Assembly: GCA_965235115.1 (NCBI GenBank)
Contig: OZ249441.1
Coordinates: 4,836,001 to 4,900,000, forward strand
Source: Laetmonice hystrix
Taxonomy: Eukaryota
Reading direction: 5' to 3'
DNA length: 64,000 bases
This document shows positions 22,301-33,771 of this stretch, piece by piece. Every line of letters starts with the position of its first letter. The first letter of the stretch is position 1. The notes beneath the pieces were generated by a model. That model saw only the letters and a list, made by a program, of their open reading frames with translations. It had not been told where the DNA came from and did not search any database. Position numbers and translations under genes: made by a program.

Positions 22301-25300
22301 GCCAACAAGTCATGTAAATTATACCTCACCAGACCTCAGACTCTGTCCAGGGCAGGGCATTTAACTGTAATTGATCATAACCATGGGCACCCGTGGGCCA
22401 CACAATACCCATTCATATAAACCAATTCTGAAAACTTACCATCGTTTCATACACACACATACTTCATCCAGATTGATTCCTACAGTAGCCCCGAGATTCC
22501 TGGGTTGGTGCGGAGCCATCAGGAGCTACCGGTATATCTCAAACCCAAACATTGCGTGCCTACCCAACATGATTGGTTCAGGGTTTAACCTAGTTAGCTT
22601 GGTGGGACAGGTAGTTAACTAGATGCCAGCCCACAGCTGATGGTGAACTGAGCTAAACACCAAGCAATCCTGACCTCTGTACCACTAACTCCACTGTGTG
22701 TTTACAGAGTGGTGCTTGACTGACAAACCACCAAGGAGGTCGCCATGCAATTCTAGGAATGCACCTTTGCTACAGGATGCTCGCAACAACCTGGATTTCC
22801 CAAGCGTAGATTCCCAGGCTTTTTTTGACCAAGTCCACACCTATCCATCCACTGCCACAAGAGGTGTAAAACCAAATGATGAGCTCGGTGGATATGTTCT
22901 ACTGCTGATCAGGACAACTGTGTGACATCTCCTTGATAGCTGCTTACAATTGTAACTATGCATATATGTAGATCATGCAGAACGAGTCGTATAACTGGGT
23001 CCAGCGTGCCATAAAAATCTCTCTCTTTAAATTCAGCACTAATATAAGCATCTAGTGGGCACCCGGTGCTCATGTTCTAATTAACTGTACATGTATATCA
23101 ATACTAATTTAAAGCACAGAAATTCAAAACTCTCTTTCGTCCTTATATTTTAAAATTAGGCAGATAAATGAGAGACATAGAAGGTCCTTTTGGGCACAAC
23201 TAATATTAAATATTTAATAAAAAAAAATAAAAAAACTGCACAGCCATGTTTTGCCATAGTCAAATTTTCCTGTACTTTTGCCAGCTTTGCCATCTTAGCT
23301 AGTCTTCCCTACTACTAAGGCCGATCAACGCTATTTTCAGGGTAGGGAATTTCAGACCTCTTTACCCTATCACAGGGCTCAAAATACTTAAAACTACAGC
23401 AGCCATAGTCTAAATTGGATGGGGAACTTGGGAAGAAATGAACACTACCCAAATAAAGTCATCCACAGCTGCCTATTCCTTCACATACTCATTTAGGGCA
23501 GCTTTCTTTCTTCCTTGAAATTACAAATTCAATCATTGTGTCATCCGAAACTTCCACCCGCTTCTCTAACTTCAGCTGTTAAAATGTTAGAAAATATCTT
23601 GAGCCACTCCCCCTGCCCCCCCCCCCCCCCCCTCAAAAAAAAATCTTGATTTATTATTTTTATATTTACCTTGACAAAGTTGTCTGGGAAGACACCTCGC
23701 TTCCCGTTGAGGTCTCCTTCCCACCATCCATCGCTGACAACATTAACGTTTGTGATGATGTCACCGGGTTTGATGGTCAACTCATCGTCCTCTACTCCAG
23801 TGTAGTCATACTCCACCAGCACCTCTAAAAACACACAGCAACCAAATCATCACATCATCTAACTCCACCAGCACCTCTAAAAACACACAGCAACCAAATC
23901 ATCACATCATCTCAAACTCCACCAGCACCTCTAAAAACACACAGATCCCAAATCATCACATCATCTCAAACTCCACCAGCACCTCTAAAAACACACAGCA
24001 ACCAAATCATCACATCATCTAACTCCACCAGTACATCTAAAAACACACAGCAACCAAATCATCACATCATCTCAAACTCCACCAGTACATCTAAAACACA
24101 CAGAAACCAAATCATCACATCATCTCAAACTCCACCAGCACCTCTAAAAACACACAGCAACCAAATCATCACATCATCTCAAACTTCACCAGTACATCTA
24201 AAAACACGCTCAACCAAATCATCACATAATTTCAAACTTCTGCAAACAAGGACAATTTTCATGCATGAATCATAAAAATGATCAGGGTTGTATTAATTTG
24301 TGTGAGGCATAATTTGTTTATTTCCAGACTAGATTTTGAGTCAGATTTTGTAGGGTTCACCATCATCATTAATATGTCACACATGATGTCCCCATCATTG
24401 GTGCATTATGACATGTCAATCATCCATGACCCATGATATGGTTCCTCATAGCAAGTGTCACAAGCATGCATCATCACGGAGGACACCAGAGGGCAGTACT
24501 GACTCCAAGGCCTGTCCCTACACTCATCTGACCCAGTCGGCCTACCAGAGACATGTGTGCACAGAGCAGCACAAATAATTCAACCCTTTTCAAAGCCACA
24601 TTGACAGGCCCATCGTGTATGTCCTCCTAGCAGCCATCTCGAGTTTTAGACAGTGCAGTCAGTCACTGGCACTTTCACAACTTTAGATGGCATAAACATT
24701 TTTAATCATTTTAAATTGATCACCATAATTGTTGACAATGGAATAGATCTGAGCCTGAGGATCTGAGCACTGGAACTCTGAATATATACTCTCACTCCTC
24801 AGACCATTATCAGTGCTTCCCATTTGAAATCTTTACGGGAGTCATCCATCACTCTCCTTGGTTATCCGAGGAGAGCTAAATCACGCCCCTAGAAATTGTT
24901 CCTGTCCCACGTTTGGGTATTTCCAGGTAAACTCAGGGTAGTTAATAAGGTTTGGCATAGGCTAAAGAGGTCCTGGGAGCCGTCTCGGGAATGGTTGGCT
25001 CAATGACTGGGGGACAAGGAGGAGACAGAGGGCGTTTTTGACATGGCTGATGGTTCACCTCAGTCAGAGAGTCAGGGAAGTTGAGGGGCGCGATGAACAG
25101 TGCTTCTTAAAGAAATTTTACGGGTGCTTAGGGGCGCAAGCGCGATCGCGCCGGTCAAATGGCAAGGCCTGCATTATTATGGATGCATGATAATTGATAT
25201 CAATAACGACATTCTATTCTAGTGGTACACTACCTACACCACTAGATATCATCTGTAAGTCTAGCTCCCAAGTGGGGTTATAATTAAACTGTGGAAATGA

Positions 25301-28300
25301 AATGTTTCATATGGTTATAACATACCCATAGCCTAGTTATGACTGCCATAATTATTACAACATTTTGGAGTCAAACACTCAAAGTTTGTTCCCATTTTCT
25401 GTAACAGTGTAAGATCCATGTGTGTATTGATCCATGTGTGTATTGATCCATGTGTGTATTGATCCATGTGTGTATTGATCTCAGATTGACTTCCAGAATT
25501 TGCTTCCCGTCACCTAACATCTTGTTTTCACGGCATCCCTAAAGATGCCAATTAGGTCATATTTCTCTCCAAGGGTCATGTCCATTAATTTGCAAAAGAA
25601 AGATCCTTTTGATCATTGGTCTAATTTGGCTGCCAGCTGCCCTTCCATTCAATATCAACACCTCACAGTTTAATGACGGTGCCCTGCGATTATCTTAGGT
25701 TGCCCAGCAATCTGATGATGATCTCTGGAATTTCCAGTATTCTCCAACTTTCCATTGGCATTTAGACTACACAAGCAAAATCTTAGCCCTAAAAATCAAA
25801 TGATTCTTCTTTACAATACATGTAATTTTTATTTCATTCACAAAAAGTGACACAAGATCCAGGATGTGCTCTGTACAACTATTTGTCTGTGAAGTTTTTT
25901 AGGATTTAAATGGTTCTTGGAGAGTATGTTGTACTCTCCCACAATCCTAGGCTCTATCTTTTCATGTTCACTTTTTTTCACTTCTTTTCAACTATTGTCA
26001 CTATATGATCCAGGGTCTGCCAAATCCCCCATAAATGTGGTTGCCCAGTGGGCAACCACAAATTCAAAAGTGGTTGCCCGACAAATAGAACTGGTTGCCC
26101 AGGATTTTTTGGTTAAAATATGAAGAAAAGCTTTGATTCACAAAAAAAAAAATTATTGCCTCAAAAACTTGAAAAGCGTATGGCCATCAAGATGGCGATA
26201 GCCTGGGCTATCTGTCAGCCATGGTCTATTGCAGTGTTTGGGTCAAAATCCTCAAACTTTGGCCCATCAACTGCAAACGTTATGTCGGCCGACTCTGCAC
26301 TGTCAGCACCAACAACACTCTTATGCTCAGATGCTGGCGGCCGGCAACATGTAGGCTTCAGCCCAGCCCCAGGGCCAGGCACCAGTCATGTGACATGTAC
26401 TGATGTGGTCGCCCGACGGGCGACCGATCTATTCAATCCAGTTGCCCAGACCATAATTCTGGTTGTCCCGGGCGCTCGGTCCCTCGATTTGGCGGACCCT
26501 GTGATCATATGTCAGTATTGACTGAGACGATTGTGCAGGCAGGAATTTCTCTGGTGTAGAATTTCAGAGTTTTGTCTGAGTTTGTGTATGTCCGCTATTT
26601 TACATTGACATAAAACTTTTCAGAATCATTTAAATTATAAACAGGGGTCAATTTCAATGGGAGTCAAGTTCGAGACTCCCAAAAATCATGACGGACGCCT
26701 GGTAGCCTGCTGACTATGAGCCCAACTGTCTCCCCGATATTTACAGACAGATTGATGTAGATTTTAACTGAGACTAGCTAGGTGACAATCGCATCAGTCC
26801 ACATCTCTATCAGTATGATTCTGTGATCCTGCCGGGACCCTACATGTTCTCAAGAACCTCACACACCCTCACAACCAGATTATTTGATCGATGATGTGAG
26901 TTCCGAAGGATCACCAGTGTTGTGCTAATCTGCAGTAAATGAAACCCTACTGCCGGCTACTGCCCCACCTTGTGTTTGTGTTGTTTTCAAAGACAGGGTC
27001 TGATAAAGGTTTTCAACATGTTTCATTTTAGATTATTTAAAAATCTTTTCAGAAACAAAACATTAAAAATAGTCCACATAAAAAGGTTCTATAACGTTTT
27101 TGGTCCTCTGCAAATATTTTAAACATGTTCGTAAAACTTTTTTTATATATCAGTGAAATTCTGAAGAAATCCTCGCCACAGTCGCAAGATTTGGCCAACA
27201 AATCAGCAGGCGTTGCAGTTTGAAAAATGGTGGAGAGCTATTAACAGTCCTCCTAAAATGGCCAGGAGAGTGATTTGCTCTCCTGTCTAAAATGACACTT
27301 TGTTACATCAATTGAATGTTCCATGTTTATAATACATTGACTGATGAATTATATTTCAGAAACTGATACCATACGATAATTTAAACAATATAAAAGTACT
27401 GAATCCAGCCGTATGAATTCCTTTCTTGAACCGTAATCTTCCGTGTACAAGCCACACTTTTTTCATCCTCAAACTACTCATAGATTGGGGGTGCGGCTTA
27501 TAGATGGACACATGTGTCTGAGGATGGTCAAGAAGTTAGTTCAGTATATTATCCCTGGGTCTCTAGGTTCGCAGTGGGAACTGGCCTGCTATATACCAAA
27601 AGCTGCATGGTGTTCCCCCATTGTTTTACGTGTGAATATATGATGAATTCCACAAATAAAGGTGTGCCCTATTGTTTTCAATGCCCAGGGAAAGTAACAG
27701 CCCGATTAACAATGGGAGGTGATGGTGACCCTGGCGTTTGGACAGTGAGTTTTCACACTAGCCAGTCTGGTGAAGCATCTAGCTGATACCGTGCGCTGAT
27801 ACACGTCTCAGCATGTTTCATAGGGTTGACGGTTGCACTTGCAGCCCAACTTTGCTGTCACTGGCGTCATTAGCCCACCTCCCTTGTGTACAGTTGTAGT
27901 TCGTTTTCCTAAGCCATGGAGCGCGAAAATACACGCGCCAAAAAGAGAATTTAGGTGCGCGAGAGCGATCGCGCACCTCAAAACGCAAGGCCTGAATCAG
28001 CAATTGCCAATCTTAGACAAGGAACCCATGCTGCACTCAGCCTTTGGGTCTACTATTTTAATTTCAAAATTCGCTTCAAATTAGGGCAAACTGTCGTTCA
28101 CATCAGGCGGGACTCCAGTCATTATTTATAAAATATTAGTGACACACATCTATGCAATGGCTTTTTGAGACAGTATCAGGGCTCGAAAAACCTACGTCCA
28201 ATCGTCCGAGATGACTAGAATATGTCTCTGGGCAAGTGAAATTTAAGGTTTGTGTAGTATGTCTTGGTTACTACTTGCCCGAAGATCAAGTTCGGGCAAG

Positions 28301-29466
28301 TAAAATTGGTAGAACTTTTTCGAGCCCTGGCCTGGGTAGTATGGCCTGGGCGGGGGTGCAGGGCCCTTATGGGGGTGTCTATCGAAATCGGCCGCACGTA
28401 AGTTAGGGGCGGCCATAGTGCTCAACCAGGTGGTCGCAGTGGGTTGAAATCAGCTGGGCCTAGGCAGTTTAAAAGGTTCAGGTTAGGCCTAGGGTTAGTG
28501 TTAAGGCCAACACACACACTGCGACTGCTTGCAACTCCTTGCAACTCCTTGCGACGCGACCGTCGTGACCCAGTTTTTGACCCGCGCTCATCTATACAGG
28601 ACGGAATGGAGTCTTGCGACGGTCGCAGCGGTTCTGGCACTGTCAGAACGTCTGCGACCGTCGCAGGCTGTTGCAGGCCACTCATTGCCATAGCGACGGA
28701 CCGTCGTGAGACCGTCGTGAGACCGTCGTGCGACGGGTAATCGCAGTATGTGTGTTGGCCTTTAGTAGGGTTAAGGTATAGGTTAGGCGTAGGGTTAGTG
28801 GTAGTTTAGTTCTGCGGGCGGCTACGCCGGCAGAGCTGCCCGCGTGCTATGCCCGCTCGTCCGTAGGTTATTGCGGGCGGCTGATTTCAAGCGGCGGCTG
28901 ATTTCGAGTGTGACCCTTATGTGGGTACCCCCTCATGCCATGGTGTGCACGTCTGTAATTCCATCACATCAGATATGCATACAAAATTCCACTGTCACTG
29001 ACGAACATAATTTTGTCAAATTATAATATTTTTAATTAGACCTAAATCAGTAAATGACGATGACAGTGACACTGTGACTGATACTAGTGACAGCACACGT
29101 CCTTCAGTTTGGAACTTCCTTCCCTCCATAAATAATTATCAATCATTTCTCACAAACCAGCATGCAGAAACTGCTGCAGTGCCAGTGCACCGTACAAGCA
29201 ATTAGAAAAGAGACTGCCGTCTTTCATCGACAAATGCAAGTAGAGGCTCCCTAAAAATGCCGGAATGGTGACTCTGTATCCCTTTGCAAACGTTTGTGTC
29301 AACATCGAAATCTGAGCCCGTTGTTGGTTCACCGCCTTCACCTCGAATTTGCAATGACACTGACAGCAACACAGTCGTCACCGTGTCAACATTTCTATCG
29401 TATCTCGCGATCCTTGACTGAAATACCCCAAAACAAGAGGTTGAAATGAACACATCACTTACCCAT
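7342..29466 (-). CDS. SH3KBP1: CIN85/CD2AP/cindr-family multi-SH3 endocytic adaptor, 5' part (SH3A, SH3B, conserved linker); canonical 3' exons (SH3C, coiled coil) not in window
   Basis: Phase-consistent exons: 29466-29463 (ATGG|gtaagt; an alternative copy lies at 29706-29703), 23824-23670 ([52 protein letters not shown] = SH3A), 22178-22031 (linker), 9178-9072 and 8251-8146 ([54 protein letters not shown] = SH3B), 7793-7609 ([20 protein letters not shown], recalled as matching the CIN85 [21 protein letters not shown] motif) and 7426-7342 (Pro-rich, PTLPPR). All junctions are GT-AG. The choice of first exon is inferred. Confidence 0.9.
10972..12078. repeat. Minisatellite, 85-bp unit, ~13 copies (intron of the SH3 gene)
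   Basis: Unit TCAGTGTCCCGTATCARGGCGAGCCAGCGGGTTCTACTAGGCATACACTGGGTGCCGACCCACYCCCTACCACCCTCACTTTGTA recurs at 10981, 11066 and onward. One copy has a 3-nt insertion. Confidence 0.95.
13287..13636. repeat. Minisatellite, 72-bp unit, ~5 copies
   Basis: GCCGTCATTCATGTAGAATTAG... starts at 13289, 13361, 13433 and onward at a 72-bp period. Copies are nearly identical. Confidence 0.95.
13741..14548. repeat. Minisatellite, 69-bp unit (with 60-bp variants), ~12 copies
   Basis: Unit TCTCCAAGACACACGAACACATTCGGATCGTATTTGAGGTATTGACCGTTTTTATCTTTTCAATGACTA. It explains the 23-aa repeating ORFs on both strands. Confidence 0.95.
15110..15936. repeat. Minisatellite, 40-bp unit, ~19-20 copies, with two identical interruptions
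   Basis: Unit CAAGTGGTAAAACACATACCAGTCACACAGAATGTGAACT. The spacer AAGTATTTCAGTCTCCACCTGACATTTAACTGTGCTC occurs at ~15391 and ~15900. Confidence 0.95.
16163..16383. mobile_element. Non-autonomous DNA transposon (CAGGG-ended MITE, hAT-like) with 5-bp TSD
   Basis: TIR CAGGGCATCCGCCAGA / TCTGGCGGAAACCCTG (2 mismatches). ATAAT is duplicated at 16158-16162 and 16384-16388. Confidence 0.75.
23811..24240. repeat. Minisatellite, 52-54-bp unit, 8 copies, containing the splice acceptor of the SH3A exon
   Basis: Unit starts at 23811, 23863, 23917, 23971, 24023, 24077, 24130 and 24184. On the minus strand each reads ...tgtgtttttag|AGGTGCTGGTGGAG or a variant. Confidence 0.95.
25413..25480. repeat. 16-bp tandem repeat, 4 copies
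   Basis: (GATCCATGTGTGTATT)4. Confidence 0.9.
26011..26501. mobile_element. Non-autonomous DNA transposon (CAGGG-ended MITE, hAT-like) with 5-bp TSD
   Basis: TIR CAGGGTCTGCCAAATC / GATTTGGCGGACCCTG (1 mismatch). TGATC is duplicated on both sides. Repeated subterminal TGGTTGCCC motifs. Confidence 0.8.
28177..28329. mobile_element. CAGGG-ended MITE (153 bp)
   Basis: Perfect 14-bp TIR CAGGGCTCGAAAAA / TTTTTCGAGCCCTG and an internal hairpin TACTTGCCCGAA...TTCGGGCAAGTA. A related partial copy starts at 21060 (CAGGGCTTGAAAAAA...CCGAGATGACTA...GGGCAAGT). No clear TSD. Confidence 0.65.
28372..28915. mobile_element. TIR element with degenerate telomere-like (GGTTAG) interior, carrying a nested MITE
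   Basis: Imperfect TIR ggtgtctatcgaaatcggccgc / gcggctgatttcgagtgtgacc. The direct repeat CCCTTATG occurs at 28364-28371 and 28914-28921. GGTTAG-like repeats lie on both sides of the nested insert. Confidence 0.55.
28504..28761. mobile_element. PIF/Harbinger-like MITE nested in the 28372-28915 element
   Basis: TIR AGGCCAACACACACACTGCGA / TCGCAGTATGTGTGTTGGCCT (1 mismatch). TTA TSD at 28501-28503 and 28762-28764. Confidence 0.75.
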
Positions 29467-29582
29467 AATCTAATGCATAAGTATATCCACGTAGTTTAGT
29501 CCACGACTGACTGAAAAAAATATAAATATCAGTTCAGTAAGTCACCTCCCGAGACTTCAAACTTTACAAACTTTCGTGACCA

Positions 29583-29605
29583 AAGATGGCGGTGGTCACG
29601 TGACC
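29583..29605. promoter_or_regulatory. Candidate core-promoter motifs of the SH3 gene: YY1-type AAGATGGCGG plus palindromic E-box/CLEAR GGTCACGTGACC
   Basis: Both motifs are read directly at 29583-29592 and 29594-29605, in CpG-rich DNA 120-140 bp upstream of the first-exon ATG at 29466. Confidence 0.45.
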
Positions 29606-31755
29606 AAGCACTTGATGGGCTCTGATGTCGTGCAGTGGGAAAAAAAGTTCCTCTCCCCTCAAAAATTATCGGATGTTATAAAATCTCTAATGTGTAACTT
29701 ACCCATTACTTAGAGAAAGATTCGAAAATTTACAATGAAAATACCCTTTACGATATGCGCGCCTGGCATCTTTGCGGCACACTTAAAGTGCCCCTTTTCT
29801 ACAACAGAGGGCGCGTCTTTACATGTTTCCCGCGCTGACGCACTTGGCCTCATGGTCGTTGGGAGGAAACTGAAGTCAAGCCACTTGCGCGGCCTAAATA
29901 AAAAAAAATTGTGGAAATTCAAGAAAAAAAATCCTCCTAAACCTAATAACGAAGTTCTGTTGACTCGGAGCAAGAAATTGGCCCACGAAATTAAAATCAT
30001 AGCCAAACTACACACGTTGTGGTGATAGGCCTAGATATCGAGCAAACACTAGATCTACAGTGAGGGCTCCCTCCAGGTCTGGGTCAGCGGGCCGCGGTAT
30101 AATTTAGGCACAGGCCACATGGAATTTAAAAACGGGTGAATAACTTGATCCCAACTTTGGACGTTGGTGAGGAGGTGTCCTAGAATATGTCAGGTTCGTC
30201 TAAAACGACACCACCGCCTATTACCCCCCCCCCCCCCCCCAAATACTTTTACTGCTGCGCGTGTCCTATTTAAATTGCGCCCTCAAAACAAAGTCAGATA
30301 CTTTGGTTCCAAACTTGCAGGGTTTTTATTCTATTCGGGAGATACTGAGGGGTGTAACCGGAAAGATTCATAATGATCCATATTCGGGCAGAAAGACACA
30401 GCAAGCGTGGGATTTCGCTATCAATTCCCCAGCCGACAGGCGGCCGGTTGCCGTGACCGGCAGCGTCGGAGCCCGCGTGCAGGGTGGATTCAGGTCGGGG
30501 TAGCTGTATGGGAAAATTACGGAGGGTCCGTATTTAAAAAAGTACTGAATCCTTTTATCCCAAACTTAAGACATTTTACGGCAAAAGGTCTTGTGAACAT
30601 AAGCAAAGTTGGAGCCTATGAAAGTGAATGAAATGTACCCCAAATAAGCGATTAAAACAGGCAGACAGATGTATTCAAAGTTTCCTATTCCTGACAGAAG
30701 GTTGCGCCACAAGTACACTTAGCCCTAATTATTTAGGTTATTAATTAACCAGTTTTCTGTTATAATGGAGTAGAAATGGAAGACTCATTGGAGATTTGGT
30801 ATTCCTAGCAACGTTGAGAATTTCATTAAGGTTCCTCCAACAGTAAAGTGGATAACAATTTATTTCATTTAAAAGTATAATTAATTCTTAAAGTGTATTT
30901 CTATAATCAGGATTGCGGGGTATGCGTACATAGAGAGTGACCATGCATGCCTGCATACAGGAGCAGTATGATTACTCCCCTGGCATTATCAAAAGAGCAG
31001 TGTTCAGATTGTGGAGTGCACCTTTTTATTCAGAATTAATTAATTAAAAATACTTTACCTAAGAAATCTGAAATAGAATTCACTTAGAAATGTGTAGAAC
31101 ACCTAGGGCTATAATAACGCCACTTTTTATAGAATTTGAACCATTTTTGACCAATTACCGCAACTTTAGGAAATATATCACCTTTCAGTGCAACTCTCCA
31201 ACAACGTCTGGGCGGGCCAGAAATGTGATCTAGTCAATTTTCTTAATTACGCATAAATTCACCTAATTATGTTAATATATCCTCCTTGCCACCTAAAGAA
31301 ACGATCTGTGATGTTTTTTCTGATTGTTTAAAATTGTACGGGGCCAAAACCCCTCAATTAATCACCCTGTCCCCCCAGGCACTTGTGCTGCCACCTATCG
31401 GTTATCGGACGTTGTGGCCACTTTACTATTGGTATATAACTTTACTTTTCCCCGGATTCATTTTCAGATATCTTTTTTCACACAAACACTTCAGTGTTTA
31501 AATGCACATATAAACCTACGGTGAGGATACCACGTGTATCTTTCGCTATGGATTTGTACAAATACAACGAATAGAGTATATTTATATATCAGACCCATAG
31601 AGGAGTTATGGCCGTCTACTGAGGTCAATTTGTCGACGTCCTGTTAACGTAAGACAGACGTTGCAATATGGTTGTCAAGGTGGCAACTATATAAGATTCA
31701 CCCAAAATATGATGTCCTGCGCCCACTGGGTATCTCCAATGGGATATAGCCTTGT

Positions 31756-32720
31756 CACCAACATGTCACAGAAAGCTCACAGAAAGCTCACGGTGTGACC
31801 TCACACTGTGAGAAGTTGTGACACCACTGACTACATCACCATGCACGAATTCACCATGCATGAACTCACAGCAACCTCATATTGTGACCTCTCAGGATGA
31901 CCTCACTATGAACTCAAAGACCATGATACGTCAGTTAGCTAACGGATAGATCACAGTATGACCTCACAATGTGAGTTCCCTGTGTCATCATAGTGAGGTA
32001 GTTTTTCGTGAAGTCACATCATGATAGAATTGTGACATCACTGTGATGCTTTGACAAATACATCACCAACAGGTCACAGAAAGCTCACGATATGACTTCA
32101 GAACTTGGCATGGTGAGACCTCACCATAAGCTCACAGAAAGCTCACAGTGTGACCTCACACTGTGAGAAGTTGTGACACCACTGACTACATCACCATGAA
32201 CTCACAGCAACCTCATATTGTGACCTCACAGGATGATCTCACTATGAACTCAAAGACCATGATGTCAGTTAGCTAACGGATAGATCACAGTATGACCTCA
32301 CAATGTGAGTTCCCTGTGTCATCATAGTGAGGTAGTTTTTCGTGAAGTCACATCATGATAGAATTGTGACATCACTGTGATGCTTTGACAAATACATCAC
32401 CAACAGGTCACAGAAAGCTCACGATATGACTTCAGAACTTGGTATGGTGAGACCTCACCATAAGCTCACAGAAAGCTCACAGTGTGACCTCACACTGTGA
32501 GAAGTTGTGACACCACTGACTACATCACCATGAACTCACAGCAACCTCATATTGTGACCTCACAGGATGATCTCACTATGAACTCAAAGACCATGATGTC
32601 AGTTAGCTAACGGATAGATCACAGTATGACGTCACAATGTGAGTTCCCTGTGTCATCATAGTGAGGTAGTTTTTTGTGAAGTCACATCATGATAGAATTG
32701 TGACATCACTCTGATGTCAG
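31756..32720. repeat. Tandem repeat, ~334-355-bp unit, ~3 copies, built from CTCAC/GTGAG/GTCAC/GTGAC motifs
   Basis: GCTCAC(A/G)GTGTGACCTCACACTGTGAGAAG recurs at 31786, 32141 and 32475. Confidence 0.85.
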
Positions 32721-32796
32721 TGTTAGGTCATCTTTATGATCTCATCCTGTGACTTTCAGGTGAGCTCATTATGAGTATGGCATGAGCTCACGTCTT

Positions 32797-33552
32797 CACT
32801 GGGAGGGCTCCCCACATGTACTGACTGGCCTTAAACTCGAGCAAACACTTGAGTGAGGCTCTCTACATGTATTGGCTGACCTTAGACTGGCCTTATTGTC
32901 GAGCAAACACTAAAGTGAGGGCTCCCTACACGTAATGACTGGCCTAGGACTGGAGCAAATCTTGGGGCCGGGGTTCGATTCCTGTAGAGGACTATACAAC
33001 TTTTCTCTTTAGGGACATTGTCAAAGTAATTGGATTACGCCTGATGCCCGTGCATTTCAAAAGAAAAATACAGTGAGGGCTCCCCACTGTATACTGACTG
33101 ACCTTATACTCGAGCAAACACTAAAGTGAGGCCTCCCTACATGTATTGACTGGCCTTATTGTCCAGCAAACACTACAGTGAGGGCTCCCTCTATGTAATG
33201 ACTCGCCTTGGGCTGGAGCAAACAGTACAGTGCATGCATGAGGACCCCCTATACATGTATCGACTGACGTCATACTCGAGCAAACACTGCAGTGAGGGCT
33301 GCCCACATGGACTGATCGGCCTTATACTCGAGCAAACATATATGAAGGCTCCTATTGACTTCCATCATACTCGAGCAAACACTACAGTGAGTGCTCCCTA
33401 TGTATTGACTGCCCCAGGGCTGGAGCAAACACAACAGTAAGGGCTGCCCACATGGACTGACTGCATGGCCTTATACTCAGCAAAGACTGCAGTGAGGGCT
33501 CCCTACATGTATTGACTGCCTTTCGGCTGGAGCAAACACTACATTGAGGGCT
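32797..33552. repeat. Diverged ~60-bp tandem array (GTGAGGGCTCCCTACATGTATTGACTGGCCTTATACTCGAGCAAACACTACA-like)
   Basis: About 11-12 degenerate units sharing GAGCAAACAC and GTGAGGGCTCC. A lone copy of the motif is at ~30037-30072. Confidence 0.75.
32962..33066 (+). mobile_element. 5'-truncated tRNA-derived SINE-like fragment
   Basis: Pol III B-box GGTTCGATTCC at 32972-32982, with no A-box and no cloverleaf. It interrupts the diverged ~60-bp array around it. Confidence 0.4.
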
Positions 33553-33771
33553 TTAACAGTAGATGCTCCTAGCCTATGCCTTTCATTTCCATTACTTGCA
33601 CCCCCCCCCCCGACTAATATGTAGGCTAAATTTTTTGTTTTCATCTCGTACGTTCGCAAGTCGCCTTCTGGAGCTTATAATCGTCCATGTATGGTTGCCA
33701 AACAATCTGTTGTGTCTAAAACCATTGTACTACCTGTGTTTTCCTCCAGTGTTATAGGGGAAGTATCTTCG

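Noticed and set aside
32972-32982. tRNA gene (B-box GGTTCGATTCC)
   Set aside because: There is no A-box, acceptor stem or cloverleaf. It is better explained as a SINE fragment.
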